Assembly: GCA_964016885.1 (NCBI GenBank)
Contig: OZ024741.1
Location: 100,626,001-100,690,000, forward strand
Direction of reading: 5' to 3'
DNA: 64,000 nt
Source of the DNA: Eledone cirrhosa
Lineage: Eukaryota
Position numbers and translations under genes: made by a program. Of this stretch, positions 27,154 to 40,801 are shown piece after piece; the stretch's first letter is position 1, and every line of letters begins with the position of its first letter. The notes beneath the pieces are model-generated. The model was not told the origin of the DNA. It was given only the letters and a program-made list of their open reading frames with translations, and made no database searches.

Positions 27154-28716
27154 GTTTGTATTCAAATACAGTTTTACATATGTTTGTGTGTGTGTATATA
27201 TAGAAAAAAAATATATATATATATGTTTGTGAGTATATATTGTAGTTGTATGGTGTGGCCTTCTAAGTCACTTGTGGTGTGTATTAGTGTTTGACACTCT
27301 TGGCTGCAGAATTAATTACAAGCTGCACAGCAAGTATAGGTAATATTACACAACCCACACATACATACATACTCTCTTCTCTTTCTCTCTCTCTCTTTAG
27401 ACATTTCTGTTGTTAGATAAAAATCCTTAACATCATCCATTCTGGTTGTTAGGCCAGTTAGAACATTAACATTGATGTTATAATGTTATATCAAACTCTT
27501 ATGTACATGATCATGATTAAAGTAAAATAGCCCAAACATAGTTTATTAGTTATTATCTACAGAAGCAATATAAAGCTAATTGATATATCTGAGGGGGTGG
27601 GTAGGTGGGTGGCAGTTAATGTTTTGTTTAATCTCCACTATGATGATGACTGTAACAACCAGAGTGAAACACCTGCTGTCCATTCCCCACCAACCATACT
27701 TGTACCATCTAAACACTTTTCTTACCAAACTACATGAAACTGTTCCCAAACCCCCATCTGGTTCTATAATACAAAGCTATCTCTTTTAATATGTTTGTAT
27801 TTATCTAAAAACCAACCATTATAATTTTATGTTAGAACCTTTAATCAATCGACAAGATCCCTGACCTCATTCGCTAACCGAGTGAAATGAAACTTGGCAA
27901 ATCGGACCACCGACCTGACTAATTCCATTTTCCTTTTATATTAACTTGAACTATAAATGATAATAAGAAAGTTTTATTAATAAATCTTTCTCAATTATTT
28001 TCCAACTTAGTTAAAAAAATTATAGGCAGTGTTTCATTAGAAATATGGTAATAAAAGGGTTAAACTTGACTTTTGTTCCATTTTACTCCTGTATTAACTT
28101 GAATTATAAATGATACACAGAAATGTCTAAAAAGATGTTGTGGCTTTCAATAGTGAAATTCTTCCAGGCATTTGGCAGCCTTGAAATAAGCTTAACACCC
28201 TTGAATGACAGCGCTTTCTCAAGTTCTTTTTCTCTCAGGAAAGGAAAAGAATTTTTTTTTTAATTGTAAAAACCATGCTTATTTTCTTGCTTTTTATCTT
28301 TTTTCTTTTTAATTTGTTTGGTTTTGTGATGAGTTTTTTCTTTTTTCACGATCAGTCATAAAAAGCGAAGGCGGAAAGGAGAAATAAGGTATGCAGAGTT
28401 TGTTATAAGACTTGGTGTTTCCATCTAAAATATATTAGTTAGTTATATATGTATTTACAAGATCAAAATTATCATCATCATCATCCAAAGCAACAGCAGC
28501 TGGAATATTATCAACAATGAGCTAATAAGAGAACCTCTACATGGTTGCTAGAACTAGTAGAAATAACAGCCAGACCACCCTCAAACTGTACTCTAGTTGC
28601 TGTCTTGGAATAAGAAAGTATGTGCTGAATAATCTAATAATAGATTGACTTATCCTATAATGACCTAGCAGGAATGACTTTCATCATGATCTTCTCAATT
28701 AGAGATAACCTCGATT

Positions 28717-28923
28717 TTAACCCTTTAGCATTTACATTACTCTATATTTACTACTGTATTTTCACAGTAAAAGCTTTAATGTTTAATCTATGAGATTTTT
28801 ATATTATTTATTTTGAGAACAATACCTTAACTTTACTATGAACAGCCAGTTACAGCTGGTTTGAACAGAAAGAGGTGTGAGAATTTTGGATGGATGCAGC
28901 CAGTTTAAATGCTAAAGGGTTAA
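28717..28923 (+). mobile_element. piggyBac-type MITE family A
   Basis: Same TIRs, TTAA and body. Confidence 0.85.
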
Positions 28924-30903
28924 ATATCGGCAGCAGCAATGGTTAATGAAAGAGCCTTTTGCTTGGTCACTTTGGCTGTTAGAAATAGCAACCAAGTGTC
29001 TCTTAAATGACACTACAGTCTTAAGAAAAGGTAGGACATATTGGCTAATGTAGTTCTAGATATACTGTCTGAAACAAAAGTTATGAGATTATCATGATGC
29101 TTTTAAGAATAGGTGTTCTTGATCAGAGGTGACTTAGAGCTAAACAACAAGAATTTTTCTTCTCTCCTCTAAAGCATTACTCCGTGTTATTCAGCCAGAT
29201 CTTAGGCTTAATAAAAATTAAAAAAAGAGCGAAAATATAGGAGTACCCCAGCACACATTCAAACAGTTAACACAAAGCACCTAGAAAACTCACTTAACTA
29301 TACCTTGAATTATAACAAAACATAACACAGAAAACATGAGAGTACAGCTGTTATACTCGTCATCATCATTATATGTTCCTACTAAAGTATCTGTAGGAAC
29401 AATGGTCTCATCACATAGTACATCAGAAACAGAAACAAACACCATACAAAAATTGAAGGACATTACATTCAAAATACACTCGACAACAACTAAACTTAGT
29501 ATACCACCATATAACCAAAATAAGAAAATAAGAAAGTAATTGGAATTATTGTAATATAACACAACTACAATAAGTATTTTAAGGCCATTTTCATCATGGC
29601 ATAAAGTCTTTTTTGATGCAATGTTGTATAGTCAGATTCCTTCAGACGCCTTCAAAAAATTGGCATGGAAACTGGATACAGACATTGGACTGTGCCACAC
29701 GGAGCATTCTATATTGCAAGAATACATAAAACAATGCTGCCAGCCCATTAGAAGACCTTTCAAAATTCCTTATTACTGTCATTGAGTCAAAGCAAACCTC
29801 ATAACATATTTTTCAGGATATAAGTAAGAAACATCAGTATATAAAATGCATCCTTATTTTGGCAAAAATATGTTATAGTAGTTTTTACGATTATTATTTG
29901 GTATATAGGATGTGGGCTAATTTTGACATCATTGTAAAAAAAAATGTATATAAAAAAAAAATTCACCTCATACACAGAAAAAATATAATATATAGATGCC
30001 TGTGTATTAATAAAAATTTTGTACACCATATAGTTGATGCATGTTCAAACCAACTGTTATATTCAATTAAATTGTCCACACATATCTTTCGTGATAAATG
30101 GAAACAGAAACTTTAGTATGCTATGTCAGCATATCTTTTGGTCTTATTAATGTGAAATGAAACCCTGAGAATATGCTTGAAATTTCTAACAGTACAGGGC
30201 AGGTATTGAACTAACCATATTGTTTTGATAGTGTGAAGAAACAGTTTATAGTCATATGGAACAGTTTGATAACCAGGCTATGCTGCCAAGAACTTCCGTA
30301 TATATAACATGATTTCATTACACAGCAAAGCTATATGTTTTAAGTATATATTATATCTTGGTATGTTAATGTATATCAATTTTTTTGGTTGCCATGCATA
30401 ACTATATGCATATATATATATTTAGAAAACTATGTGTGTATGAGAAAAACAATTAAAATTTTCTCAGAAAGAATCTAGTAGTTTCAGATATTTGTGATTT
30501 GTGATGTTGAAAACAAATCTCAACTGATATATTTCTGGTGGAAACATTAAGTAATTTAAACCTAAGTAAAGATGTGATTGCAAATGATAGAAGGTAGCAA
30601 AGGCAGGTTCAAATCTATACAGATATTACCAATGTTTTTATACCTTATTTTGTTTTTTGTTTTGTTTTTAATTCCTTTGTTTATTTCTTCCTTCATCTGT
30701 AGGTATTCTGTCCATAGTTTAATATAACAACAACAATTTTGTGTTTCTTTTGTTAGTGTTCATTGTTAGACATCTCTCTGCATTTTCTTATTTCTTAAGT
30801 ACAATCATTATTAGTCTTACAGTATTATTACTGAATACTGGATCATTGAGGTTTGCTTATGCTGCAATTCTTCACAATAACATCTGGTAATTCTTCCTAG
30901 GGT

Positions 30904-30955
<52 letters not shown>

Positions 30956-31396
30956 TGTTATACTTGGGGAGGGTCATATTGTTGTAATAATTGTTTCTAC
31001 TTTTGGCACAAGGCCAGCAATTACCCAGTGTATTACTGGTACTTCATTTTATCGACCCCCTAAGGATGAAAAGCAAAGTTAACCTCGGCAGGATTTGAAC
31101 TCAGAATGGCAAGGGCCGTAACTCAATGCGTCAAAGCATGGCGTCCGACCCTCTACAGATACTGCGAATCCACCGCCTGTAATAATATTGCCAGAAATAA
31201 TAACAGAACGCACCCACTGTTTGGTTGGTTTTCGCTTCTGTATCTTTTATATCTCACAGTTAATTCATTCGGTCCTCAATGTTTACCATTGACTGACCAA
31301 CGGTCAAAAATACAGATATAATATAGATATAAACACATATATATAGTCTAACAATATTTGTATCGAAACACGATTTCATATCAAAAACCTTGCAAA

Positions 31397-31457
<61 letters not shown>

Positions 31458-31598
31458 GATAAATCTACCAAGAGTTTACGGTAGTGTCCAATCCGTATGA
31501 AGAACTCAATGTAATCCGGATATCATGGAAAGAAGAGATGCAATGAAAAATCACTTTCGCTGAAAGATAAACGGAATACAGAGTCAAGATAAAATATT

Positions 31599-31898
31599 AA
31601 AAAAATAATGAATAAAACAATGAAACAGTTCCTTATATTAAACAAAAAAAGTTCATTATTTAACGATCGTTTCTAGGATATATATGTGTTAGAATTGGAT
31701 ATATATGTGTTAGAATTGGCATGAATATGCATGCCAATTCTAACACATATATATCCATGAAACGATCGTTAAATAATGAACTGGCATGAATATGCATGCC
31801 AATTCTAACACATATATATCCTAGAAACGATCGTTAAATAATGAACTTTTTTTGTTTAATATAAGGAACTGTTTCATTGTTTTATTCATTATTTTTTT
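31599..31898. repeat. Near-perfect fold-back palindrome (Penelope-like terminus)
   Basis: 31599-31698 vs 31799-31898; internal hairpin; between (TA)n tracts. Confidence 0.85.
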
Positions 31899-31900
31899 TA

Positions 31901-31971
<71 letters not shown>

Positions 31972-32024
31972 ATAATAATAAATTTGAAGACTAAACTTTA
32001 ATCTGTTATTTTAATAAATATATA

Positions 32025-32895
32025 CAGGGTGCGGACGATATTTGTTCGCAAGAAAAATAACACAGCAGTTTTAATTTTTAAGATATATTTATCAAACTTG
32101 GGTCAGTTTGTTTTCTTTCGATCTCACTCGATAAACCCGCCATTGGCTTTGATGATGGCCTCAAGGCGGCCTCGGAACCGGCTACAGGCCTTCGTCACTG
32201 TCCCCTGACTTAGGCCCCTAAAGACACTTGTGATCCTGGCCTTCAGATCGTCTTTCGTATTGCAGCTAGATCTGTTGGTGTCTCGTTCCACTGCGCCCGC
32301 CCCACACAAAGAAGTCGAGGGGGTTGCAGTCAGATGAGCTGGGAGGCCAGATGTCAGGTGAAGTGTGGTCGACGAAGTTCTCTGACAGCCAGGCTTGAGT
32401 CTTTCGGCTAGTATGGCAGGGCGCTGAGTCTTGCTACCACACATACAGCCTACCTGCAGCTACCTGGTCGATCCAGGGCTTTACTACCTCGCTCAGAACG
32501 CGGATGTAGCCATCGGTGTTCAGCTTGAGGCCCTCAAGGAAGAAATGAGGTGGCATGACGTCACCTTGACTGCTGACGATTCCTAAGACCAATGTTGTCG
32601 CTGGAAACTTTGTCTGCATGACTCTGGGCACATCTTTGGATGAGACAGCGAGCCACCTGTTGTTCTGGGAGTTGATCTTCTGGTCTTATTTGTCCTCCTG
32701 GCGCGGATTCCAAGAAGAACTCTGTGTCTTCCACAAATTTGGAGGTTCAAAATTATTCATAATCAATTATTCTGAAAATAAATAATGGAAATATAGTCAT
32801 TGTTTTTATGAAGACAAGAGTGACAACGGCAGTAAAAAATAAATTTACATAAAATTAGCAGTTGAAAATTGCGAACAAATATCGTCCACACCCTG
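32025..32895 (-). mobile_element. Internally deleted Tc1/mariner element of the DD37D (maT) family
   Basis: 27-bp TIRs cagggtgcggacgatatttgttcgcaa, TA on both sides; transposase relic W*QDSAP...WPPSSSDCNPLD with 37 residues between the last two Asp; stop and frameshift; N-half missing. Confidence 0.9.
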
Positions 32896-34394
32896 TATAT
32901 ATATATATATATATATAATAAAACAATACAAAAGTTGTTCATTGTACCAGATTATAAAATATGAGATATCTATTGACCGTTTCTGACCAACTATGTTTGT
33001 GATTACATATCTTTTACATGGTCATTGCTATTATGTCTTCATCGCCAGTAGAATATTAGGCATTTTATGAGCCATTTTGCGATGGAAAAGTGCAACAGGT
33101 ACCTATGAATTGGGTTATGACAATATTATAAACAATTTTTTATGATTAAACGCCCAAACAATACATTAAAAGAAATAAATCCTAGTGTTTTATTCAAAAT
33201 TTTCATTTTTAAAAGACTTTCATCGGTGACTTGGTATGGCGGAAAGATTTTAGCATTGGTTAACAAATTGGTGAACAACAAACTGGACTTTGAAAAGACA
33301 AAAGCTTTAGTTGATGTCATCCATTCTTCAAAAGCTGTTAGTAGTTGAAAACAGAGTATAAATATTAGCATATATTTTTTCTTCTTTTCTATTCCTAAGT
33401 GTGAGATTTTAGAAGTTGAAAGGTAGAAATTATAAAATTATATATTTTTCAGAAAAGTTTTTAGTGTTTGTTAACAGTCGAACAAGCCATTAAGCAAAGG
33501 CTATAGTTGATACCTCCTGACCAGGGCACAGTGAACCCAGAAGGCCAAATTTTGTAAAAAAAAATTGATGCAAAGAATTTATTTATAGCTTGTTGGAAGC
33601 ATTTGGGCAAGCTGCAACTGATGGAGCTAAAGCTATTCAAAGAAATCATCTAATTTTGAAGATATAACTTGATTTCTTTTTCTGGCATTTGCTGCAAAAA
33701 TTGTTTAATTGCCGTGATTTGTGGTTGGTGGAAAAATAAATGTATTAGATTTGTAAATGTTATCAATTACTTCATAGGGATGGATTTGGCATACTTAGAG
33801 AAGGACTGTCTCTCTACGGCACTCTGGACCCAGCAAAAAAACCTCATTTATAGTTTTGTTTTATTATCCATTAGAATTGCGGCTCGCTAATAACATTGTT
33901 TGGGTAAACCCTGTTCCAAACAACACTGCGTTTGCTCATCTAGTTTCATTGGTAGGAGCTATGGAGGATTGAGATGTGCTGTCTGTAGTACTTCAGCTTT
34001 CTTTGGATGTTATCAGGGAAAGTTTTGGTTCATATGTCACAGTGAATGGCATAAATGTGAATGTTTACTGGCTTCGATATTTTATGGCCTATTCATTTTG
34101 GATGATTTTTCAAGATATTTTATGGATTTTTGTTGACTAATTTTTTGTGCAAAAGAACTGCAAAATTACTAACTTTAGATTATCATAAAATTCTATAGAC
34201 ACAATCTTTTTAGCTGTGGGTTTTTTTAATTCTTCTCCTTAAAGGTCTTATTCAACAGAAAATTTGTAGTAACCAATGATAGGGAAAACTTCAAAAAATA
34301 ATATTTTCCCATTCTGGGTGCACTGTGGTAATAAAACTGATAGTAACTGAACAAGTTAATAGGAATCACACACATAGCAGCTAGTCACATACTA

Positions 34395-34434
34395 ATTCAC
34401 TGATGAAAGTCTTTTAAGACTGAAATGTTTGAAT
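34395..34434 (+). ncRNA. Degenerate minimal hammerhead motif
   Basis: attca-CTGATGA-a-agtct(ttta)agact-GAAA-tgtt-tgaat; stem III looks like a CpG-decayed GAAACGTT. Confidence 0.5.
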
Positions 34435-36689
34435 AAAACACAGGTTTATTCCTTGCATGCATTGTTTGGGTTTTTAGTAATTAAAATTATTTGTCATTAT
34501 ATTGCCTAATTTGAGAAGAGGAAATTGCAGGGATTCTCTTGTGTAATTGTTCATGTGGTCAACTGGCAAAGCAGGCCTGTTGCTCTTTTACTGTCACAAA
34601 TTTGGGATTATATTCTCTTTGTTTAAATCATAGCAGTAAATTTACAATACACTTTGCTACATTCTACCTAGAATTTGTAATCATTTTATAAAGCACAAAG
34701 TATGAGGTGAACAGCACCAAAAGTGCTTATAAATCAAAATAGTAATAAAACTATATCTGTTGATTATTCAACATAAATTCTCTCATTTTTACTTCGCTTC
34801 TTTCTTTCTCTCTTTTCTTGTTTGTTCTTTCTTTCTAACAATCTTTTCGTTAAATTAAAAAATAAAAATATATCAGGAAAATTCCTGATTTGTTTGCTGC
34901 TATCTTTTGTATCTCTACCCACTGCTACTGTGGCTACGACTATATCTTGCAATATAGAAATTATCTGGGTCTCTCTCTCTCTCTCTCTCAATGCCATGAA
35001 TGAACTGCTACAAAATTCTTCCTATTGTCTTGTTGGCTGAAAAACTGCTTTATATAGGAGTATTTACTCTCACAAATGTAAAGTTTTGCTCCATCTCTGG
35101 TCAAGCTTTTATATCCCTTAATGCTCTTCAGACAACAATTATTTAATGCCAAATTCTATGTATCACCAATAGATATATGGTGTCAATTCATTAGTTAGCA
35201 ATTACGACTAATACAACCTGGCTACCTCCACCATACTGACTGACAGAATATTATCAGCCTGTTTGCTGTTGGTAAAAGCATTACAAGAAATATCTTGTCT
35301 TGTGTTGGCAATTTGAGATGATCCCGGTCTTTCTTTCTCTCTTTTTCACTCTCATCATAAGACATGTTTAGCATTTAAAAAATATATATTAATAAATTCT
35401 TAGTAAATATGTTTAACATCTTTAAAGCATGAGCAGTTTTGAAAACTTCCTTTAGTTAATAATTTGAAGTGAGACTCTCTTTTTCATAAAATCCTCAATA
35501 ACAAGTGCAGTGCACTGAATCAAACTTCTTTCAACTATACATCATTCAAAATATGCAAAGGATAATCCAAATTGCATGTAGGCTGTTGAGATATATAGAA
35601 AACACATGCATAACCAATTCAATCAAAATATCTAAAATTGTAGCCTTAACAAACCTACTATGTTAGCATAAATAGATCTAAAATGTAATCTAAATTTTAT
35701 AAAATGGACCCTATCTGAATGAATATATTCAAAGAGCTATCTGAACAGGTCTTATTCCCCACTGAAAATTTAGTTTTACTATTTGTGAAACATCTGATAT
35801 GACATTTTTAATAACTCCCTTATAAAGGGAATGTGGGTTAGAAAATGAGTATGGTAATCTCCATTCCAATTAGATCCCTTTTTTAGCTAGCTGAATTAGA
35901 GATTTAGATAGTAAGAATCAGTATATATAAAGAAAAACTTTAGGGGTCATTACTTCTGCTATTCTAACTATCTGGACGTTCCTTTCTACATCTTTACTTT
36001 GTTTAAATACCTGCCTTTTTTTTAGCATAACTACACCTGCCTTGATTGCTTTACTGCTTAGCTAATTGACTGAGGTAACACATAAACAGTCTCTCAGTTT
36101 CTCTAACTCTGTGATTAATCTAACCATGCTGTCTGCTTTAATCCATCTAATCCTGCTGTATTAACATTACTGGCTGAATAACTATGGCTTAACATTCTTC
36201 ATCTTTTTAAGCTTTATTTTTTTGTTTTCTAATCAACCTTTGACATATCAATAACCTTTAACCTCACTAACAGTTTAGTTAATTCTGCTGACCACTGTCC
36301 ACTTCCAGACTGACACATATTTTCTATGTTCAGTCTGTAAAGTGTTAAGTGTTACATCTATTGGTAACTTGTTACAGGTAATATTTACTAACATGTTGTT
36401 TTACAGTATTTAACCCACTTTCTCTCCTTTTTTCTTTTTTTTACCTCACTGTCAAGCTAATAAATGTGTCTTCTTTATTTTTCAGTTTATTTTACAGTTT
36501 TTCTTAAAATCTATTTATGTTTGTTAATCATTATCATTATATGTGTGAGTGTTATGGATCATGCTGATTGATTATTGATAAGGCAAACAGTTCCTTGCAA
36601 CCATATAAGTGAATGATGTGCAAGATATTTACAAAAGAATACACTGCAGTAGAATCTTACTACTGCCCCAGGAATCATTTAGTTTTAAA

Positions 36690-37420
36690 AGTCTCTTAAT
36701 CACCCATGCCTTCTTATTTCAATGCAAAATCACAGGTAGCTAAATTAGCGTAACTCTTGGATTTTCAGTGTGATACACGAATAGGGCTTTAATTTCATAT
36801 TATCAGCAGCATTTTTTTTCAGAATAAGTGGTAGATAAGTTTTGTAAGATTTAAATCTTGGTGTTGATTTTTCTTCATGAAAAATAAGTCCTAGCAGGCA
36901 TGCACTTCCAGAAAAGACCAGTTTCATCAACACGGTATACTTGTTCTAGTGTGTTGCTTCCTTCAGCAATTATTTTCTTTGGCTCCTTAGAATAATAGGC
37001 AGCAGCTTCTATATCAGCACTGGCAGCTTCACCAATAATTTTAATGTTGTGCAAATTAAAGCACTTCTTAAACTTTTCAAATTAACCTTTACTAGCTAGA
37101 AAAGGTTTTGCATTAAAAGTTTCACCTTCGTTTTTCTGAAAATCCTCATACAGATAAACGTTTATCAGCACATTGCATCCAATTTTATAGACACACTCAA
37201 GAGCTGTTCTTTATTAAGCATCACATCAGATCTATGAAAAAATAATTTCTATACAGTTTACAGTGTAACTATTTAAACACTTGATCTAGTTTTGACTTTG
37301 TCTTATTGTTCTCACTGTACACATTGTGATGTGGCTGAGTTTTTCTCTTCTATCAAACCATAAAATTTATCATCCAATATAATCCCTTTGCTACACCTTT
37401 TCAATTTACTGCCATCTTGA
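36690..37420 (-). mobile_element. Decayed Tigger/pogo transposase relic
   Basis: Minus-strand VDETGLFWKCMPART, FLASKG*FEKFKK..NLHNIKIIGEAASAD and MKLKP motifs, with stops and frameshifts. Confidence 0.8.
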
Positions 37421-37578
37421 ATAAGGGTGTTGTACTATACTGTACACATAGTGAGTGCAACAAAAAACTACATACACAGGAAATTGTAGACTACAAGTAG
37501 TTGTTTTATTGCTATGGCTGGAAGAACGGAAATGGGAAAATGAAAATGAATATGTACTGTGCATATGTACTACATATA

Positions 37579-37617
<39 letters not shown>

Positions 37618-38401
37618 GTGTGTGTATATATATATATAGAATCAGTATGGCATGACAACCAATTCATTTAAACAGAAATGCCCTGCAGCATTTAGTCTGA
37701 GTTAACCACCGCCACCACCCATTGGCCAATATACACTTTGAATTTTGTGTCTTACAAGAACAATGAAATAAGTACTATACAAAATACTAAAGTCAATATA
37801 ATTGACTAAAACCTTTCATGGCAGTGCTCCAGCATTGTCACAGTAACTGAAACCAGTAGTAATAGCAGTAGTAGTAGTAGTAGTGGAGGTGGTGGTAGTA
37901 GTAGTAAAGTCATTTGGGATGACTTGATAAAAATCTTTTTCTGTTTAATGTTGGTATTTACTTTACAGTGACTGGAGTCCTGATATGAAACTGTCAGAAA
38001 CATGGCAGTGTTGCATTAAGCAACATGCATTAGTTTATTTATGTTACTTTATTACAGATAAAAAAAATTAAGATGTCACCTCATTTCATTATTGGGAGTC
38101 TGGTGACAAAAAAAGCATCTATCACTGTTTTCAAAAAGGTGCATAAATAATATAATGCTAAAAGGACCTATTATGCCCAGAAGAGAAGAAATGGATTTAA
38201 AACTGTTATATCCCTTCCATATACTGTACCGATTGTGTTGTTATTTCTGTTTACCTTTTACATGCATATATATATATATATATATATATATTGGGCGGGG
38301 GGGGGGGGGGGGTTAAACATTTTGAATGTTCAAATTTTATTCTTTACAATTATAATTGAAAATTATTTTTCATATATTTTATTTCACTTCTTTCCTTTTA
38401 G

Positions 38402-38544
38402 GGAACGAGTTATGAACACAACCAGTTTAGAAGCATCAATTCAGCACTTAAAACCAAATACAGTTTATGAGTTTCGAGTTCAAGCCTACAACTCTTACGG
38501 ATCTGGAAAGGCTGCTACTATTGATGTTGAATCTGAAGAAGAAG
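38402..38544 (+). CDS. DCC/NEO1: DCC/Neogenin exon, FN1 C-half (RERVMNTTSLEASIQHLKPNTVYEFRVQAYNSYGSG)
   Basis: ttccttttag acceptor, gtatgt donor at 38545; RER motif and LKP..YEFRV.AYN; phase 2 to 1. Confidence 0.93.
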
Positions 38545-38924
38545 GTATGTATGAAACCCTACTCTCCACTAACTCTTTATTCATACTGCTACACTTAGAA
38601 TATTAATCCATTTTTACATCATATCAAAAGAATGAGAGTATTATCTTGCAAAAATTCTTTCATTCAAAAATAAGTAGATATTATTGAAATTATTAACATT
38701 TTTGGTAAAGTAGGTAGCTACACAATTAAAGTGAAATTCAAAACAGACATATATATATATATATATATTTGCCTTATTGGTAGCTCAGCCTGATTGGTCT
38801 TTTAGACTTGAAGTTCTTATCCAATGAGAACACCAGATGATCAGCCTCTTAGCCTTACAGCTCTTATCCAAAATGAATGGCAGAAATGTCTATTGTGCTT
38901 TTATTCTGCTTATTAAATATAACA

Positions 38925-39622
38925 ATAATAATAATAATAATGTTTCTATTTTGGGCACAGGGCCAGCAATTACCCCAGTGCATTACTGGTGCTTTATTTT
39001 ATTGACCTCGTAAGGATGAAAGGCAAAGTTAACCTCGGCGGATTTGAACTCAGAATGTAAAGGGCCATACCTCTATGCTGCAAAGCATGGTGTCTGATGC
39101 TCTACCAATACTGCCAAACCAAATAATAAAGAGCAGGCATGAGGTATCAATATAGCGCCATTATATTTGTTCACATGTAACACAATCAATCAGCTCAAAG
39201 TAAAATTGGTATCAATAGCTCATCAAACTTTGTGGATTCATGTATGTCCTACCCATGTAAGCACGGAAGATGGACGTTAAACGATGATGATAGATCCACA
39301 AGTCTGATGAACTATCGATTGCAGAGTCGATACCGATCGTACTTTGAGCTGATCGATTGTGAAACATGTCACATGTGAATAAACATAATAATGCTATATT
39401 GATACCTCATTCCTGCTCCTTATTATTATTATTTGATTTGGCAGTATCGGTAGAGCATCAGACACCATGCTTTTACAGCATAGAGTTATGGCCCGTTCTG
39501 AGTTCAAATCTGCCGAGGTTAGCTTTGCCTTTCATCCTTACGGTCAATAAAATAAAGCACCAATAATACACTTGGATAATTGCTGGCTTTGTGCCAAAAG
39601 TAGAAACAATTATTATTATTAT
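38925..39622. repeat. Large imperfect inverted duplication (~310-bp arms, ~55-nt spacer)
   Basis: 38925-39238 is the reverse complement of 39293-39622, including both SINE A and non-SINE flank. Confidence 0.85.
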
Positions 39623-40524
39623 TAACACTCTGCTTCTTAAGGATACCGACTATGGTGTTGTACCAAACGTACCACATTGGCAACCGGACCCACATTGGCA
39701 TTGATTGCTCAAACTGGTGAACCAATAGTTACACACCAATATACTATATATATATAGTTACATTTCAGTCCTTAACAATATCTTAGAGATCCAATTCATT
39801 TACACTGGAATGTTGCACTTCTTAGAGTTTATATCTTAATTAAGTAGACGAAAACTGTAAAAGTCTATCAAATGGGCTGTACCTGTAATTCCAAGTTCCA
39901 ACCTTGTCACATTCTGTCTGAGAATAACATTAAGGGTACACATGTCTGTGGAATACTCAGCCATTTACTCACTAATTAATGGATAGGAAATCGAGTGATG
40001 GAACAACTGTAATACTCATAAATCAAAACCAATGAGGATCCATTTCCTTCTTTTTTTTTTTTAACTTTGTTTTTAAGAAACATTAAAGGATGTAATAGTA
40101 GTGCTTATATAATATTTTATGACATATTTTGATATATTTTATTATGTCTTTCTACCAGAAAAATTGAACAATAATCTTAAGACTAAAGATTAGCATTAAT
40201 TCAAAGTTAAAATCTCATCTTAAATCTTTCAACATACAACAATAAACTAGACTGGTATGAAATAATCCAATGCTGTCAGTTTTAGGACAGAAAAAAACAA
40301 AACATTTATTGAAGTTCACACACTCACAATTATTTTCCATAATCCTTAGTAGTTAATCCAAATACTTGCAGAGATTAGCCCAGATCAGCAAATGGACCAC
40401 TGCTCTTTTGTTATGCTAACAACAATCAAAATAACCCCAGATTCTGAGATGTGAATGTTTGGATTAAAAGTAAAACAAACATCATCTTTGGTCTAGAATC
40501 TAAACTAACTGGATGAAATTAGGT

Positions 40525-40801
40525 CAGTGATTCCCAACATGGTGCACAGGCTCCACAATGGAAAAATTTGAAAATGATTTTAGTCAGAACAAACTTCAGG
40601 TTTTACCTTATTACTTTTACATGAAGGCAAGTTTAGTACATTACTGTCAGAAACTCCTGTCTCACCTCCTCCACATGTTATTGTGTACCTGGCACCACCT
40701 AGGCGCCAATTTGTTTACACTCTGCATCACTGTTTTCATATCAAAGAAGGGCACAACAATTTTGAGGTGAGGCTTGGTGCACAAAAGGTTGGGAACCACT
40801 G
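40525..40801. mobile_element. hAT (Charlie-like) MITE
   Basis: TIRs cagtgattcccaac / gttgggaaccactg; imperfect 8-bp TSD aattaggt / atttagga. Confidence 0.75.

Noticed and set aside
39304-39345. CTGATGA followed by a hairpin; similar partial hits at 24715, 54290 (minus) and 55048
   Set aside because: No correctly placed GAAA, stem III or stem I; not credible hammerheads
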